Below are positions 10,102 to 20,155 of a DNA stretch of 64,000 bases, piece after piece. The stretch comes from Thermoplasmata archaeon (GTDB lineage Archaea > Thermoplasmatota > Thermoplasmata > Lutacidiplasmatales > UBA184). Every line of letters starts with the position of its first letter. Positions within the stretch are counted from its first letter, which is position 1. Made by a program: the position numbers and the translations under genes. The notes below the pieces were generated by a model that did not search any database, had not been told where the DNA came from, and saw only the letters and a program-made list of their open reading frames with translations. The DNA is taken from the NCBI GenBank assembly GCA_022750335.1, contig JAKIVX010000002.1, positions 53,442 through 117,441 of the forward strand. Reading direction: 5' to 3'.

Positions 10102-11471
10102 TGTCGCTCGCCGGAGCCGCGCTCCCGGCCGAGCCCGATTGGAGCGAGGCGGTCACGGTCCGCGAGGACCCCGACCTCGCCCGCGAGCTCATGTCACGAC
10201 TGCGCCCGACCGGCAGCCCCCGTCGGACGAGCGTCACCGACCTCCTCTCCCTCCGACCGGCCTACTGGCGATTCACCGTCGGGGCCCCGCCCGCCACTCC
10301 CGAACGGGAAGCCATGCTCGAGAGCGGGCGGCGCCTGCACCGCATCCTAGGCCTCGTCTACGCGCCTGAAGGGCAACTCGAGGCCCGAGTACACGACACG
10401 CTCGTCCAGGGACGGATCGATGTGCTCGGGGACCGGCCGATCGAGGTCAAGACCAGTGGGTACGCACCTCCGGCTCGGGACCCGGTGTCGGAGCGACCCG
10501 AGCACGTCGACCAGGTGGCGATGTATTCGACGTTGCTCGGGGTCAACGCGGCCCGCTTGGTCTACTTGCACACGGCCGGGGAAGAGGTCCGGGCCGCGGC
10601 CACCTACGATCTCGAATTCGCCTCGTTGGACCCGATCCGAACGGCGATGGGGGCCCGAGTGCGTTCTCTTACGACCGCGTGCGGCCAAGGTTCGCCGGCG
10701 GGCCTGCCCCGCTGCCCGTGGTTCGCCCGAGGATGCGAGTTCCGGGGCGCCAGCGTCTGTGACTGTACCGGCGATGAGCTGCCGGCGGCGTCGCTGGTCG
10801 CCGACGCAAGCCCCCGGTCGACCCCTCGACCGGAGCTCGCGCGCCTCCTCGAGGACGCCGTGCGGGCTCGGCTCGCCGCCACGCACCCGCCCTCGATCCA
10901 CCGATTCCGCGACCTACTCTATCCACGCCGGGGGTACTTCGATGCCACCGGGCCGCCGGAGCCGTCGCTGGTAACTCCTTACGAGTCGGAAACAGACACC
11001 TACTCTCGCCTCGTGGAGGCGCTCGATACGGGGCCAGTTGGGGAGGCCACGCGCCTGCCGACGCTCGCGGACGAGCCCGACGAGGAAGTGGGGGGATTCC
11101 GAGGAGCGCCCGTCCTGGTGCGAACCTCCCGGGCCTCCCGGCGCCTCGACCCGTCCACGGTGCTCGACCGGTCCCCCCAACATGCGCTCCAGCTGGGGTT
11201 CCGGTGCGTCGCCACGGGCACGAATCTCGCCCGGCTGGTGATGGGCTACGAACGGGCGACGGAGTCCGAGCGTATCCAAGTTCTCGAAATGACGTTCGAC
11301 CCCTCCGCGACGTTCTCCCGGGTTTGGCGCTCGCGCGTCCGCCGGCTGGACGCCGCCCGGACCCGCGGGGACCCCACCACGCTCGACCCGTGTCCCGCGT
11401 GGATGTTCGACGGATGTCCCTACCGGGACCGGTGTGGCTGTGGCTCCACCGCGGGTGCCTCCCAACGGTAG
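10102..11471 (+). CDS. Internally duplicated Cas4-like PD-(D/E)XK nuclease
   Basis: Domain 1 'GRIDVL...IEVKT...DQVAMY'; each half ends in CP-x5/6-C-x5/7-CxC; start uncertain (10084-10191). Confidence 0.75.
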
Positions 11472-12391
11472 ATCCGAGTGGACAGTACTCGCCGGAAACC
11501 CTCCGAATCGTACAATTGGAGGGCTGATGTGTTCGAGGCCGTCACCCAGAGGCGGACCGATTCATATCCCAAACCGACCAACGAGCGCATCGCCCAGCGC
11601 ACGAGGAATCTCCCGAGTCCGCGACGTCGGCGTTCGGGGTCGACCATGATGTCGAGAAAGACCGCTTCCCGCGCCGTCACCTGGGCCGTGAGGATGCCTC
11701 CCACCAACCGCGTCGGGCCTTCCTCGAGCAACGCCGTGGAGGCCGGATCGAGGAACAGACCGAGCCCGTTGTCCAAGAGCCCCGTGAGCACTCGAGCGTA
11801 CTCTTCGACGGATCCTCCGACCAACAAGTCATCGGTCGTGCTTTGGAACGACCGCCAGTCGAGGTCCGCGAGGGCCTCCATCGTCACGTCCCGGATGGGA
11901 ACCCGTACCACGCCACCGGGCGGGGACGTCGGTGCCTTCGTATCGTCCGGCCGCAGCGCCCGGACCATGGCGTGTCGCTCGATCACGAGTGACCCCGGAC
12001 GCCGGAGGGACTCGAGGGCCCGCTCTTCTGCTTCCACGGTCAGTCCGGTGAATCCCACGCTGACCGAACGGGCGGAGCCGGACAAACCCTCGACCAGCGA
12101 TTGGGCGAGAGCGACGGTCCGGGCCTCGTCCGCACAGTGTACGTGGCCCCACGCTCGGGTCCCTCGGAGGTTCCCGAACGCGATTCCACCGGAGGGGGAC
12201 CCCGGAGAGTAGAACCAGCCCGGTTGCCGGCCCGCCCGCAAGTCCTCCGCAGCGGTCTCGACCCAATTTCCCTGGAAGTCCTCGCCCCGAAGCACGAGCT
12301 CCTTGCGGACCGCCTGCACGAGTTCGAGCAACTCGTCCACGGAGGCGGCCGTGGCCGGGCGCGGGCTCTCGATGGCGGGGGCGGAGGTCAC
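11420..12391 (-). CDS. GNAT acetyltransferase
   Basis: C-terminal 'VDPERRRRGLG', 'NTSALQLYDSEGF'. Confidence 0.85.
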   Translation of the reverse strand: MTSAPAIESPRPATAASVDELLELVQAVRKELVLRGEDFQGNWVETAAEDLRAGRQPGWFYSPGSPSGGIAFGNLRGTRAWGHVHCADEARTVALAQSLVEGLSGSARSVSVGFTGLTVEAEERALESLRRPGSLVIERHAMVRALRPDDTKAPTSPPGGVVRVPIRDVTMEALADLDWRSFQSTTDDLLVGGSVEEYARVLTGLLDNGLGLFLDPASTALLEEGPTRLVGGILTAQVTAREAVFLDIMVDPERRRRGLGRFLVRWAMRSLVGLGYESVRLWVTASNTSALQLYDSEGFRRVLSTRIYRWEAPAVEPQPHRSR

Positions 12392-13266
12392 GGGGCCGGG
12401 AGCTCGGCGCGGAGGATCTCGGCGATATCGGGGGCGACGGAGGCCTTCTCCGCGGCATTCCCCAGGGTATCGGTCGAGTAGACCTCGTCAGTGACGGCCT
12501 TGATGCGTTCGAAGGCGTCCTTGAGGAACAGTCCGTGGGTGCAGGCCGCGCTGATCGCGCCGGCGCCCCGCTTGTGGAGGAGCTTGGCCGCCTCGACGAT
12601 CGTGCCGCCAGTGGTGATGACGTCGTCCACCAGGACCAGGTGCTTCCCCTCGAGCGGGATCGGGACCTCGGCGGGCATCCGCAGTTCGACATGCTCGCTA
12701 TCGATCCGTTTCTTGTCCAGGGCGAACCAGGGTTTCTCGAGGAGGGTGGCCATCCGGCGCACGCGATCGACCCCGCCCTTGTCCGGAGAGACCAGGAGGT
12801 CGATGGGGCGCTCGCGCAGGAGTCGGGCGATCGCCGGGATCCCGGACGCCTCGAACGCCGGTTTGGTGAAATTGCGCAGGATCTCCGGCGAGTGCAGGTC
12901 GACCATGACCACGGCGTCCGCTCCAAGCTCTACGTGGCGGCTCAGTGCGCGCGCACTCAGTGGCTCGCCCGGGAAGAACCGTCGGTCCTGCCGTGCGTAG
13001 CCGAAATACGGGACGACGGCGACGACCTTCCGAGCCCCCGCCTCCCGTACGGCGTCTTCGAGCAAGAACAGCTCCAACAGGTCGGCGTCCGTGCGGGTCG
13101 ACTGGACGATGACGACATCCTCGCCCTCGAGCCGACCGCCGACCCGGACATACATCTCCCCATCGGGGAATCGCTTGGTGAACGGGATGCCGAACGGAGC
13201 GTTCGAGAGTTCGCGTGAGATCCGCTCGGCGAGAGCGGTCGAGGCCGTCCCTCCGATGACGTGCAC
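12388..13266 (-). CDS. prs: Ribose-phosphate pyrophosphokinase
   Basis: 'FPDGEMYVR', 'PYFGYARQDRRF', 'VDDVITTGGT'. Confidence 0.95.
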   Translation of the reverse strand: MHVIGGTASTALAERISRELSNAPFGIPFTKRFPDGEMYVRVGGRLEGEDVVIVQSTRTDADLLELFLLEDAVREAGARKVVAVVPYFGYARQDRRFFPGEPLSARALSRHVELGADAVVMVDLHSPEILRNFTKPAFEASGIPAIARLLRERPIDLLVSPDKGGVDRVRRMATLLEKPWFALDKKRIDSEHVELRMPAEVPIPLEGKHLVLVDDVITTGGTIVEAAKLLHKRGAGAISAACTHGLFLKDAFERIKAVTDEVYSTDTLGNAAEKASVAPDIAEILRAELPAP

Positions 13267-13323
13267 GTGCGAGAACCCCCGGGGACCGGACCGGGGCGGG
13301 GACTAAAGCGTTGCCCGCTCGTG

Positions 13324-14661
13324 CTAGAGTTCTTCGTCCTCCGGGTCGGGCCGCTTCGACTTCGACGCCCGATGGACCTTGGGAGGAGGGCGTCCGCGGT
13401 GCACCCGAGTCTTGGAGGGGGCAGCGGCCTTCGCGCCGGTCCGGTGGACGGGAGGGGCCGAGGCACCGTCGTCGTCCTCCTCCGCCTCATCCTTCGAGGC
13501 GCCCCAGGGACGCAAGGATCGGAGGAAATGCCGGGCCCGAGAGGCATTTCCCTCGGGGAGATCCTCGACCTCCTCCTCTTCGTCTTCTTCCGCCTTTCGT
13601 CGAGGGTCCTCGATGCCCTCCACGCGAAGCGCGTAGTGGAGGCCGAACGCGAGGAGGATGATCCCCGCCACGGAGAGGCCGAGGAACTGCCAGGATTGCG
13701 GGGGGACCTCCCCGGTCGTGCTGCTGCCTTCGATCCAGAGTTTGAGGGCGCCGACCCACGGGATCATCCCGCGGGCGACCCCGATGACCCACCCCGGCTC
13801 GACCAATTGACTCAACTGGAATCCAGCGGACTGGTCGTACGTCCCCTGCCCGCCACCGATGTTGTTGTCGCCCATCGTGATGTAGCCGGAGTGTTCGCCG
13901 AGCAGCGAGGGTTGCAGCGCGATGCTGACATTCACATCGGCCCATCCGATGTGGAACAGGTCGAGGGTCGACTTGAGGTCGGTCGTACCGCAATCGTTGA
14001 TGACCCCGGCTCGGGTCGTGGTTCCCGGAGTGGCGTAGACCGCCCCGGAGGCGTTGCCGCACGGTCGTCCCGCGAGGCCGTAGGCAGTGTATCCGCCCAC
14101 GCTCGGCACCCATTGCAGGAAGATGATCGCCCGATGGATGACGGGCGTTCCGGCGGCTCCGTTCGGAGCATAGAGTAGGACATCCCCAAATTCTCCGTAC
14201 GTGCTGTACCCGTTCTGTTGCGCCACGACGTACGGCTGGATCGTGGAATTCGGCACCTTCTGGGCGAGCACGAGGTCGCCGGTGTTGATGTCCCCCAGCA
14301 CGTCCGAACTCCCGTGCTGCATGCTCATGGACTCCACCACGTAGACCGGGGGCCAGTTCTGGGTGAAGGCGAACAGGCAGACCACGAGGAGGATCACGAT
14401 CGCGAGCGCCACCAGGGGCGCGAAGTACAACGAATCTCGCGCCCGCCAGAAGATCCGGGGGCGAGCGCTCTCGTCCTTCTCGGATGAGGCTGGATCCGGT
14501 TCGGTCCCTCCCTCCCGCGACCAACCCCGAATGGGCCGCGGTCGACCCCGGGCGGGGGTTGGGCGGCCGGTCCTCTTCCTCGATCGGCGGGGAGGTCCGT
14601 CGTCCTCCGCGTCGTCCAGTTCCGCCTCGTCCTCGTCGGACGAGTCGGTCCGTCGGGCCAT
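13324..14661 (-). CDS. Signal peptidase I (S26, archaeal Ser/His type) with charged disordered termini
   Basis: 'VVESMSM', 'GDLV', 'PVIHRAI', 'ITMGDNN', two TM segments. Confidence 0.85.
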   Translation of the reverse strand: MARRTDSSDEDEAELDDAEDDGPPRRSRKRTGRPTPARGRPRPIRGWSREGGTEPDPASSEKDESARPRIFWRARDSLYFAPLVALAIVILLVVCLFAFTQNWPPVYVVESMSMQHGSSDVLGDINTGDLVLAQKVPNSTIQPYVVAQQNGYSTYGEFGDVLLYAPNGAAGTPVIHRAIIFLQWVPSVGGYTAYGLAGRPCGNASGAVYATPGTTTRAGVINDCGTTDLKSTLDLFHIGWADVNVSIALQPSLLGEHSGYITMGDNNIGGGQGTYDQSAGFQLSQLVEPGWVIGVARGMIPWVGALKLWIEGSSTTGEVPPQSWQFLGLSVAGIILLAFGLHYALRVEGIEDPRRKAEEDEEEEVEDLPEGNASRARHFLRSLRPWGASKDEAEEDDDGASAPPVHRTGAKAAAPSKTRVHRGRPPPKVHRASKSKRPDPEDEEL

Positions 14662-14795
14662 GCCTCGCCCTTCGGGCGGGCCCCCATAACCCTTCGGCTC
14701 GACCGGTACTTCCGGGGGCCGAGCTCCTCTCGTGAGGAAGCGAACGCTTATGGTTCGCTCCCCCGAGAACCGACCGGAACCACGGTGCGCTCTCC

Positions 14796-15425
14796 ATGCG
14801 ACGGATCGACCTCTCGATGCCTCTCCGACCGGGAATGCCGACCTTCCCGGGGGACGTTCCGTTCCGGGTCGAACGGTCTACGTCCCTCGAAAAGGGAGAC
14901 CCCTACAACCTCTCGCAGCTCTTCCTGGGCTCGCACTCGGGAACTCACCTCGACCCTCCCCTCCACTTCCTCCCGGGCGGATCCCCGGTCGACCTCCTCG
15001 ACCTCGCGGTTCTGAACGGGCCGTGCCGCGTCGTGGAAGTGCGGCCGGGCGCCTCCCGCATCGGTCTCGAAGATCTACCGGCCTTCCCTTCGGGAACGCA
15101 CCGGATCCTCTTCCGAACGACCAACTCTGCACGATGGGCACGGGGGGAGGGGTTTTTTCCGGATTACGTCGCCCTGACCCTCCCCGCGGCCCGGGAGTTG
15201 ATCGAGCGCGGCATCCGGCTCGTGGGGATCGACGCGCTGTCGATCGAGTCGGACCCCACCGAGAAGTACCCGGTGCACCACGCGCTGCTCGGAGCGGGGA
15301 TCCCGATTCTCGAAGGGCTCCTCCTCCAGGACGCTCCGCCGGGCGTGCACGAGCTGGAATGCCTCCCCCTTCGCATCGTGGACGGAGACGGGGGCCCGGC
15401 ACGGGCGATCCTCCGCGTGGACTAG
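14796..15425 (+). CDS. Cyclase family protein / kynurenine formamidase-like
   Basis: 'HSGTHLDPPLHF', 'GIDALS', 'GDGGPARA'. Confidence 0.88.
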   Translation: MRRIDLSMPLRPGMPTFPGDVPFRVERSTSLEKGDPYNLSQLFLGSHSGTHLDPPLHFLPGGSPVDLLDLAVLNGPCRVVEVRPGASRIGLEDLPAFPSGTHRILFRTTNSARWARGEGFFPDYVALTLPAARELIERGIRLVGIDALSIESDPTEKYPVHHALLGAGIPILEGLLLQDAPPGVHELECLPLRIVDGDGGPARAILRVD

Positions 15426-15434
15426 GTACCGTCG

Positions 15435-15866
15435 ATGGGACTGTCGCCGCCCGGTTCGGGACCCTACGACCTCTCGCTCGCGACCGCGGGGTTCCTCGTC
15501 CTCGCCATCAGCTTGTGCCTCTTCGTGGTGATGTTCTTCGTGCTCCGGAATTACCACCCCAATCGAAAGCGAGGACTCGAGGGGTACCTCGAGGGGGCCG
15601 GCGTCAGCCTCATCTTCCTCATCCTGGGGTTCGCTCTGGTCGTCGCCCTCGTCATACACGACCCCCGCGGCAACAAGACCTCGTACGCCCTGTACACCAC
15701 CGTCCTCACAGGATACTGGCTGGCGTTCGCGATCCCGGTCGTGACGGTGGCGAGCTCGATCCAGGCGCGTTCGCGAGGGGCGATCGCGTGGCTGCTCCCC
15801 TCGATGCTCGTCGCGGCCCTGATGTTCGTCGGGCTGTTCGGGTACTACTACCTGGCTCCCGCCTAG
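15435..15866 (+). CDS. Hypothetical 4-TM membrane protein
   Basis: Four hydrophobic segments; begins 9 nt after the cyclase gene. Confidence 0.7.
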   Translation: MGLSPPGSGPYDLSLATAGFLVLAISLCLFVVMFFVLRNYHPNRKRGLEGYLEGAGVSLIFLILGFALVVALVIHDPRGNKTSYALYTTVLTGYWLAFAIPVVTVASSIQARSRGAIAWLLPSMLVAALMFVGLFGYYYLAPA

Positions 15867-15876
15867 GTGGACCCCG

Positions 15877-16059
15877 TCAGTCCCGTTCCCCGGGCGGCAG
15901 GAGGTCGGGGATGCCGTCCGAGATCGGGTAATCGACGTGGCAGGCCCCGCAGGTGAGCGTCCCGTCGAGGATCTCCTCCCCCTCGGACCGTCCGGCGGTC
16001 AACCGCAACTCGCCGCGGCAGACCGGGCAGCGCAGGATCTCGAGCAGGTCGGGCCTCAC
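15877..16059 (-). CDS. trm112: Trm112 methyltransferase activator
   Basis: 'MRPDLLEILRCPVCRGEL...LTCGACHVDYPISDGIPDLLPP'; GTGA overlap with aIF2-gamma. Confidence 0.9.
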   Translation of the reverse strand: MRPDLLEILRCPVCRGELRLTAGRSEGEEILDGTLTCGACHVDYPISDGIPDLLPPGERD

Positions 16060-17288
16060 TTCCCACCGCCTTCCACGATCCCGTAGCCGATGAGCCGCCA
16101 GGCGTTCAGTTTCCGCGAGATCGCGACCCGGCTCCCGGGAAACACCGTAACGGACCGGTTGAGCGCGAGCTCGACGTCGTCCCCGCGGGCGCTCGTGACC
16201 TTGCCGGCGGCGATCGTGGTCCCCACCGTGACGGCGAGGACCTCGCTCGTCCGGATCTTTTCCACCTTGATCTCGCGCTGGGCGCCGAGGACGCGATCGA
16301 GGAGGGTCGCATGCAGCCGCATCTTCTGGCTCACCGGTGGAAGCGTTCCGGCGGTCCCGACGAGACGACCGGTGAGTCCGTCCCCCTTCGCGAGGGACGG
16401 GTCGAGGCTCGTCCCGAGCGCGGCGAGACCGCCCGGATGGAGCTCGTCCCATTCCTGACCGCCGGAAATGATCGACGTAACTTTGGTATGCAGGGACTCC
16501 GCGTGAGACCCCGTTCCCGATTGGGGGCCGGGGCGGATCTCGATCTCCTCTCCGACTTTGAGGTGACCTTGGATGAGGGAGCCCCCGAGGACCCCTCCCT
16601 TGAGCTCCGCCGGCCGAGTGCCGGGTCGGTTGATATCGAAGGAGCGGGCGACGTACATGAGGGGCGGCTTTTTCGGGTCCCGAACCGGGGTCGGGATCGT
16701 CTCTTCGATCGCCCCGATCAGCGCGTCGATGTTGACCCGGTGGTTCGCGCTGACCGGGACCACTGGTGCCGACGCGACGGGGGAGTCCTTCAAGAAATCC
16801 ACGATCTCCCGGTAGTTCTGTTCGGCCTGCTCGCTCGTCAGGAGGTCGATCTTGTTCTGGACGACGACGACCTTGCGCACGCCGATGATGTCGAGCGCAT
16901 ACAGGTGCTCACGAGTCTGCGGTTGCGGCACCGTCTCGTTCGCTGCGACGAGGAGGAGCGCCCCGTCCATGATCGCAGCACCGGAGAGCATGGTCTCCAT
17001 CAGCGTCTCGTGACCGGGAGCATCCACGAACGACACGGCCCGCAGGAACTTTGATTTCCCCCCCTCGGGGCAGTCCGGAGAGTTGCTGTAACCGAGGGAG
17101 TCCGCCGTTTCAGGACACTTGTAGAAGGCCGCGTCGGCGTAGCCGAGCTTGATCGAAATGCCGCGTTTCAACTCTTCGGAGTGGCGGTCAGTCCACTCGC
17201 CGGTCAGTGCTTGGGTGAGGGTGGTCTTGCCGTGGTCTACGTGGCCAACCAGGCCGATATTGACTTCGGGTTGTCGAGGGACCTTCAT
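16056..17288 (-). CDS. eif2g: Translation initiation factor 2 gamma subunit
   Basis: 'QPEVNIGLVGHVDHGKTT', 'RGISIKLGY', 'DAPGHE', NKID. Confidence 0.97.
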   Translation of the reverse strand: MKVPRQPEVNIGLVGHVDHGKTTLTQALTGEWTDRHSEELKRGISIKLGYADAAFYKCPETADSLGYSNSPDCPEGGKSKFLRAVSFVDAPGHETLMETMLSGAAIMDGALLLVAANETVPQPQTREHLYALDIIGVRKVVVVQNKIDLLTSEQAEQNYREIVDFLKDSPVASAPVVPVSANHRVNIDALIGAIEETIPTPVRDPKKPPLMYVARSFDINRPGTRPAELKGGVLGGSLIQGHLKVGEEIEIRPGPQSGTGSHAESLHTKVTSIISGGQEWDELHPGGLAALGTSLDPSLAKGDGLTGRLVGTAGTLPPVSQKMRLHATLLDRVLGAQREIKVEKIRTSEVLAVTVGTTIAAGKVTSARGDDVELALNRSVTVFPGSRVAISRKLNAWRLIGYGIVEGGGK

Positions 17289-17662
17289 GACGCAGCGAGG
17301 AGCTCCGCGAGGGGCTTCCCGCCCTTCTGCTCGACCACGAGGTTGATCTGAACCGTATCCTCGCTGATCGTGTTGCCGCGGAACGTCCGGCGCTTTCGCA
17401 TTCCCAGCCGAGGGGCCTCGAATCCGAATCCGTCACCCACGTAGAGGCGGAGCTGTCGGGCACCCGGAAGACCGGGCCGCAGTGGGAAACCGCTCTTGTC
17501 CGTGCCTCCGGTGATGCGGAAGGTGTATCCCGAAGCGCCGATCAATTCACCGCCGACCGTCTCCCCGATGCGTTTGCCCAGGAATCCGGCGGCTTGCGGA
17601 TCGGTCACCGTGCGCGCGATCGAAAGGGCGCGCTCCGAGATGACCAGCTTGTATTCGACCAT
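17285..17662 (-). CDS. rps6e: 30S ribosomal protein S6e
   Basis: 'ITGGTDKSGFP', 'RKRRTFRGNTIS', 'QINL'; canonical rps6e-eif2g order. Confidence 0.95.
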   Translation of the reverse strand: MVEYKLVISERALSIARTVTDPQAAGFLGKRIGETVGGELIGASGYTFRITGGTDKSGFPLRPGLPGARQLRLYVGDGFGFEAPRLGMRKRRTFRGNTISEDTVQINLVVEQKGGKPLAELLAAS

Positions 17663-17697
17663 CCATCCTCAGGTGCGGCGCGCGACCGATACGTCCT

Positions 17698-18645
17698 TTA
17701 AATAGCTTGTGCGAGCCGTTCCAGCGGCGAGTCGAGCAAGGCCACTCCGGAAAGGGAGCTTCCCAGCCCCGCGGCACAGTTGACCGGGCCGGAGGAGTTG
17801 GTTAGCACCGACCCCGTGCCGGAAACGGTCGCATTGAACGCGGCACCGGTCTCGTTGATGGGATAGGGCAGCGGGCAGGAGGTGTCGGCCACCTCCCAGA
17901 GCGGAGAGCTGGTGATGACCGAGTAACTGACCCCTCCCACTCCGGCGAAGATCTGCGCCGCCCCCGGGTGGTCGTCGAGGAAGGCAGCCCCGCCCGAGGC
18001 GTTGGCCGCGGCGACCAGGGCCGGGGAGTCCACCTCAGTTGACGGGAAGTCGTCGAGCGAGACCGAGCTCCCGAGGCACGTGCCCGCGGTGAGCGAGAAG
18101 AGGGCGGTGGGGATCCCGAGGTCGACCGAGACCAGGAGGAGGGTTCCGCTCCCGTCCGAGAAACCGAACAGCCAGAACGCCGCGTGCCCGGCCGGGGTTG
18201 AGGTTGGGGTCGCGTCGACGGTCAGATCGGACGGAAGCCCGGGGAGGACGGACAGCGAACAGTTGGACGTGAGATTGCTGAGAGAGGTGAGATTCGCCAG
18301 CGGCAACGCCAAGCTGGACCCGATGCGAACTCCGGCGGCCAGCTCCGCGCTCCACGTCCCCGACTCGGCATGGGAGGCGGCGATCCCCGCCACCGACTCG
18401 GATTCGGAGAAAGTGGAGTATGTTTCGGTTGTGGTTCCGGCTGGCTTGGGGGCGAGGGAGGCCGCTACGGCGAGGACGGCCACGATGACCACGGTTGCCA
18501 CCACGATCGCCACGACCGGTACGAACCACCGACGGTTCCGCAACGGGACGGGGGGCGAGGCGGACGGCGCAGTCTGGACCGCCGGCCCGCCCGGAGGCGA
18601 TGAGGGAGATCCTTCGGACGGAAGTGACGGCGTTGACGGGCTCAT
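17698..18645 (-). CDS. Membrane-anchored extracellular Ser/Thr-rich protein
   Basis: Pro-rich N-terminus, 'RNRRWF' then TM helix, N-x-S/T sequons, four Cys. Confidence 0.7.
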   Translation of the reverse strand: MSPSTPSLPSEGSPSSPPGGPAVQTAPSASPPVPLRNRRWFVPVVAIVVATVVIVAVLAVAASLAPKPAGTTTETYSTFSESESVAGIAASHAESGTWSAELAAGVRIGSSLALPLANLTSLSNLTSNCSLSVLPGLPSDLTVDATPTSTPAGHAAFWLFGFSDGSGTLLLVSVDLGIPTALFSLTAGTCLGSSVSLDDFPSTEVDSPALVAAANASGGAAFLDDHPGAAQIFAGVGGVSYSVITSSPLWEVADTSCPLPYPINETGAAFNATVSGTGSVLTNSSGPVNCAAGLGSSLSGVALLDSPLERLAQAI

Positions 18646-18751
18646 CGGTGGACTAGGTCGGAGAGGGTAGAAAACAACCACCGACCCTCGTGCCCGCCCA
18701 GCCTCGGGATTAAGAGGGAGCCGCCTTCTCGCGCGACGGGAGCCAGCGATC

Positions 18752-19672
18752 TTGGCCGCAGTGGGATCCGTCTGGCTCGATCTGGGCGCCCTCTTTCTCC
18801 TCGCTGGACTCACGTTCGCGGCAGTTCTAGATGTTCGGACCCGAGAGGTTCCCGACCGACTCTGGCAGGTCCTGGGGGTACTCGGGGTCGTCGGGGGGTC
18901 GGTCGTCATCGCCCCCGACGGAACGCTCCCGTTGGCGTTCTGGCTGCTCAGTGCCGGCCTGGCCCTCGAGCACGTCTTCCCCTGGGACGCCGGAGGCGAG
19001 GGTTGGGTCGGGGAGTGGGCCGATTATCTCGAACTCATCGCCTACGTGGGCGTCTCGGCCCTAGTCGGGTTCGGTGCGTACCGCTGGGGCATCGGCGGGG
19101 GAGGTGTCCCCCCCGGGGCGGTCGCTCTCCTCGTGACGGTCCTGATCGCGCGAGGGCTGTTCGAAGCCGGCGTCCTCTATGGAGGGGCGGATGCGAAGGC
19201 GCTCATCATCGCGGGGATCTTGGTTCCCCTCTTCCCCGTTCCCTGGATCGGAGTCCCGGCGAGCACCCACCTGCTCACTTCCCTGGTTCCGTACGCCATC
19301 GACCTCCTGATGGACGCCGCCCTTCTGTCCGTCGTCGTGCCGATCGCCGTCGCTGTCGTCAATCTCCGCCGGAGCGAATTTTCCGTCCGCACCGGATTCA
19401 CGACCTACACGATCCCCGTGGGCGAATTGCCGCACCGATTCGTATGGGTCCGCGATCCGAGATATCCCGTCGATCCCGAGGCCGAGGCGTCCATCGAGAC
19501 CTCGGAAGAAGACCGACGGTGGAGGACCAAGGTGGCCCGGGAGCTCGAATCCCGCGGGATCTCCCGTGTACGGGTGGGTCCCCAACTTCCGTTCATCGTG
19601 CTCATGGCCGGAGGAGCCCTCGGAGCCCTGTTGCTCGGCAACTGGATCGTAGACCTCCTTGCCCTCGTGTGA
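18752..19672 (+). CDS. Prepilin/preflagellin peptidase (A24, FlaK/PibD-like)
   Basis: 'LDVRTREVPD', 'GGADAK', C-terminal 'PQLPFIV', multiple TM segments. Confidence 0.88.
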   Translation: MAAVGSVWLDLGALFLLAGLTFAAVLDVRTREVPDRLWQVLGVLGVVGGSVVIAPDGTLPLAFWLLSAGLALEHVFPWDAGGEGWVGEWADYLELIAYVGVSALVGFGAYRWGIGGGGVPPGAVALLVTVLIARGLFEAGVLYGGADAKALIIAGILVPLFPVPWIGVPASTHLLTSLVPYAIDLLMDAALLSVVVPIAVAVVNLRRSEFSVRTGFTTYTIPVGELPHRFVWVRDPRYPVDPEAEASIETSEEDRRWRTKVARELESRGISRVRVGPQLPFIVLMAGGALGALLLGNWIVDLLALV

Positions 19673-19738
19673 CCCGACACGCCGGGGTCCGACGGAAAGG
19701 TTTTCTCCCCAGTCCCGGTCCAACCGTTCGGCGATACG

Positions 19739-20155
19739 ATGGTGCGTCGATTGAAGACCGGGCCGATCCGCGTGTTGATCGCGAAACCGGGACTCGACGG
19801 CCACGACCGGGGAGCGAAGGTCGTCGCGCGAGCACTTCGCGACGCCGGCATGGAGGTCATCTACGCCGGCTTGCGACAAACGCCGGAGGAAGTCGTGCGG
19901 GCCGCGCTCGAGGAGGATGTCGACCTCATCGGGCTGTCGATCCTGTCCGGTGCCCATATGGCTCTCTTTCCGAAGATCCTCAAACTGCTGAAGGCCCAGA
20001 AGGCGGGGAACATCCCGGTCTTTGCCGGCGGGATCATCCCGGACGAGGATGCGCGGCGGCTGAAGAAACAAGGCATCCGGGCCATTTTCGGGCCGGGGAC
20101 CACGCTCCAGGAGATCGTCACCACCGCCCAGAGATTGGCGCGCGGCCCCGCATGA
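19739..20155 (+). CDS. Acyl-CoA (methylmalonyl-CoA) mutase B12-binding small subunit
   Basis: '[12 protein letters not shown]', 'GLSILSGAH', 'GGIIP', 'FGPGT'. Confidence 0.93.
   Translation: MVRRLKTGPIRVLIAKPGLDGHDRGAKVVARALRDAGMEVIYAGLRQTPEEVVRAALEEDVDLIGLSILSGAHMALFPKILKLLKAQKAGNIPVFAGGIIPDEDARRLKKQGIRAIFGPGTTLQEIVTTAQRLARGPA

Noticed and set aside
581..11471. CRISPR-Cas system suggested by two Cas4-like genes
   Set aside because: No repeat-spacer array and no cas1, cas2 or effector genes seen in the window.
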